Shown here: piece after piece, positions 61,666 to 64,000 of the stretch
Layout of the letters: every line of letters begins with the position of its first letter
How positions within the stretch are numbered: position 1 is the stretch's first letter
Source of the DNA: Macrostomum lignano
Taxonomy: Eukaryota
Direction: 5' to 3'
NCBI GenBank assembly: GCA_002269645.1
Contig: NIVC01000412.1
Span: 868,001-932,000 of the forward strand
Length of the DNA stretch: 64,000 nt
Position numbers and translations under genes: made by a program
The notes under the pieces: model-generated
Databases searched by the model: none
Seen by the model: the letters and a program-made list of their open reading frames with translations, nothing else
What the model was told of the DNA's origin: nothing

Positions 61666-63617
61666 GCTCACATTTCAGACAACTGGGAATGTATATTTTA
61701 ATATCTTACATAAGGCTATAGCTATAGGCTATATCGCCTATATGACTTAATAGGATTTAAAGAGTTATTTTGTTTCATATTTTAAGGCAGTGCATAAAAA
61801 ATAGCTTAAGCATGGTTAAGCCTTTAAAGAAAAATGGTTATAAGACCGCACCTAAACCGCACCTACTTTTTTAATTTCAGGGTGCGATTTTATAATTTAG
61901 GGTGCATATGCACACTCTGCGCACAAAAAAAAACCCTGCACTTATTTGTTTAGTACTTAACTCAGTTATCTTATTAATCTACTCTTGGCAATGCCAAACC
62001 AACTCAGTCGTAGTAAGCTAGTATTTAACATTTAATACATCTAATAAGTTTTAATAATTTCATTAATTAGTGTTTGATTATCCCGTGCTTAATATTAATA
62101 AGGAATTACAACAATTATTTATTCAATTGTTCCTAATTGAAGCCTCTAGTCTCTATTGAGTCATTTGCCTGCAGGGTGAAAACAATCAATTAGTCTCAAC
62201 TCAAGAAAGCTCTGAGACCCTTAATGTTCTATAATACGAAATTATGGTGGTAGCAACGCTACTTTATTATTGACAGTAACAAATTGAGCATATTGACAAA
62301 CTACAAATTTTTTGGTGTCTAAAGAACCATTTGAATGACCATGCGATGCTATTAAAGGCTGCTTGACTGCAAATCAAGACTACCCTCCCCCCAGAATTGA
62401 GGACCCAGCAGACAGAGTATCAAGGAGAAGTTGAATGCATATGTTTGTGAAATTTTCCAGCTTTATGAGTGCCAAGACAATGCAGGCAGCAATTCAAATG
62501 TGAAGTCTGCCTTACCTCATTGGTGTCAACAACTAATTTCAAACCACCAATTTCCAATAAAACTTTCTCCACCTCCACCTTAGACCTTAGTCACCTTATT
62601 TTGTTAAAATAAGTTACTTATTTAATCAAAACTTTAATTTTGAAGCTAATTAATTAGTTAATATTAAAATACAAATATGGCAGTTTTAATAGCATTAGCA
62701 AGTGCAACAGAAAGTTACAAAAGATTAGGTAAGAAATTAATCAAAGCAATCAATGTTCACAACCAAGCAGTAAACTTCACTAGGCCTATTTAAATTAATT
62801 AGGCCTACTATTCACTAAAGTTTACTAGTATGAAGTTGTTATATTTGCATGATCATTGAATCATTGTTATAAACAAAGGTATTAATTAGGCCTAGGCATT
62901 TAAATTCATAGGGTCTAATGTTGTAACTTCTCTTTAGACTTACGCTTATTGAAGCTTATTAACGGATCAACACTTATTAATGGACTGGTGAGTGGTACCG
63001 AACCTGCAACCTTGCAACAAAAAACGAATCGATCAGATTCAATCATTCATTAAGTACAAGTAGGGTCTAAACTCCTATGTACTAAATCGTTTGCTAAAGC
63101 TAAAAAATTAATATTTGACTATTTGCAAAATGACTCGGATCATTCTTAACACATTAGGCCTACATATTTGAATAAGCAAGGCCAGTGTATTGCTAGTGCC
63201 AGCTGCTTGAGGATCCACGAAAAAAATCGTTTTCCAAGAAAGAAAGGTTTCGTGGGAGTGGGAGGGAAGCAAACAGCAAAGTATCGTCGTCGTGTGTAAA
63301 ATATTTTTAGATTATTAAAATATTCAAAAGTCTTATTATTAACATACTTTTTAAATTCCTGTAGCAAACATGTAAAGACTGCAATAAAGTAAAACTTGTT
63401 TAATACATTAAAGAAATTAATATTTTGTTTTCTTAGAAGCGAAAAATTTGCTTGAAAGCGCACAAAAGTTGTTGACTATAGTGAGTAGTGACCTGTGACT
63501 TTGGGATCTTATATGATACAGCATATTACTATCTTAGTAGTTTTAATAGCAAATTTAGGTACTTCCTATTCAAAGGAATCATTTAATTAAGTTTTTTGTT
63601 CCAGCGAATCAGTAATT

Positions 63618-63774
63618 ATGGGAGAAAGCAAACTAGCAGGACAAGATTTTATTAAAAAAGTTTTTTCTCCAACTCTGGCGGTGCTTGCTAGTCATGATGC
63701 GGAAACTATCTGTCAGAAGAACAACCTTTCATTCTGTGAATTGCTTAAGCCATTCCTTAAAATTTCACAAGATG
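63618..63774 (+). CDS. TRAPPC8: TRAPPC8 first coding exon (gene continues beyond the window)
   Basis: FIKKVFSPTLAVLASHDAETICQKNNLSFCELLKPF matches the TRAPPC8/Trs85 N-terminus (..NHLSFAELLKPF); GTAAGT donor; TTCCAG acceptor at 63604. Confidence 0.85.
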
Positions 63775-64000
63775 GTAAGTTTTTGCTTTAAAGCCCTATT
63801 ATGATTAATATTATAAGTTATAAATCATAATATAGGCTAACTAATGTGTTTTCTCTTGGCCCTTGAATTGAGTTTAACCCAAATTTATAGCTGAAGTTTG
63901 AGTTGGAAGTTAAAACTTTGTTTAAATTATAGTTGTCATAGTCCTAATATTTTATTTGCGTAGGGCCTATTATATTAGCCATAAAAGGTCCTATGGCAAT

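Larger units (their letters stand above)
59071..61938. mobile_element. hAT-like non-autonomous element with perfect 8-bp TSD CACTTATT
   Basis: Termini C(T/A)GGGTTTTTTTT; TSD at 59063-59070 and 61939-61946. Confidence 0.85.

Noticed and set aside
62170-62560. Coding-like stretch after a TGCAG acceptor
   Set aside because: Multiple stops in all frames tried and no recognisable motif

Overview
Eukaryotic (animal) genomic DNA. GC-rich exons sit in AT-rich DNA packed with minisatellites and small DNA transposons. The style, together with TTAGGG repeats and splice acceptors just upstream of start codons, suggests a free-living flatworm such as Macrostomum (inference only). Plus-strand genes are PCYOX1 (3 exons), a compact STIL/Ana2/SAS-5 centriole gene (5 exons) and exon 1 of TRAPPC8. 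On the minus strand is a tightly spaced co-directional run: HAUS5-like, UCKL1, TM2D1, GEMIN7 and a TRIM (RING-B1-B2-CC-SPRY-like), followed by an orphan secreted Cys-rich gene. The most notable observations are: (1) the TM2D1 reading frame contains no Met codon and starts in frame at a 3' splice acceptor, as expected if the flatworm spliced-leader 3'-terminal AUG supplies the initiator inside an operon-like cluster; (2) head-to-tail Helitron-like units that each carry different satellites, plus a 77-bp array of Helitron end-start junctions; (3) most introns hold their own minisatellite; (4) nested TIR elements with intact TSDs, a SINE with a 13-bp TSD and an isolated 28S rRNA fragment. All gene models were built by eye from splice signals and remembered protein motifs, with no database search.
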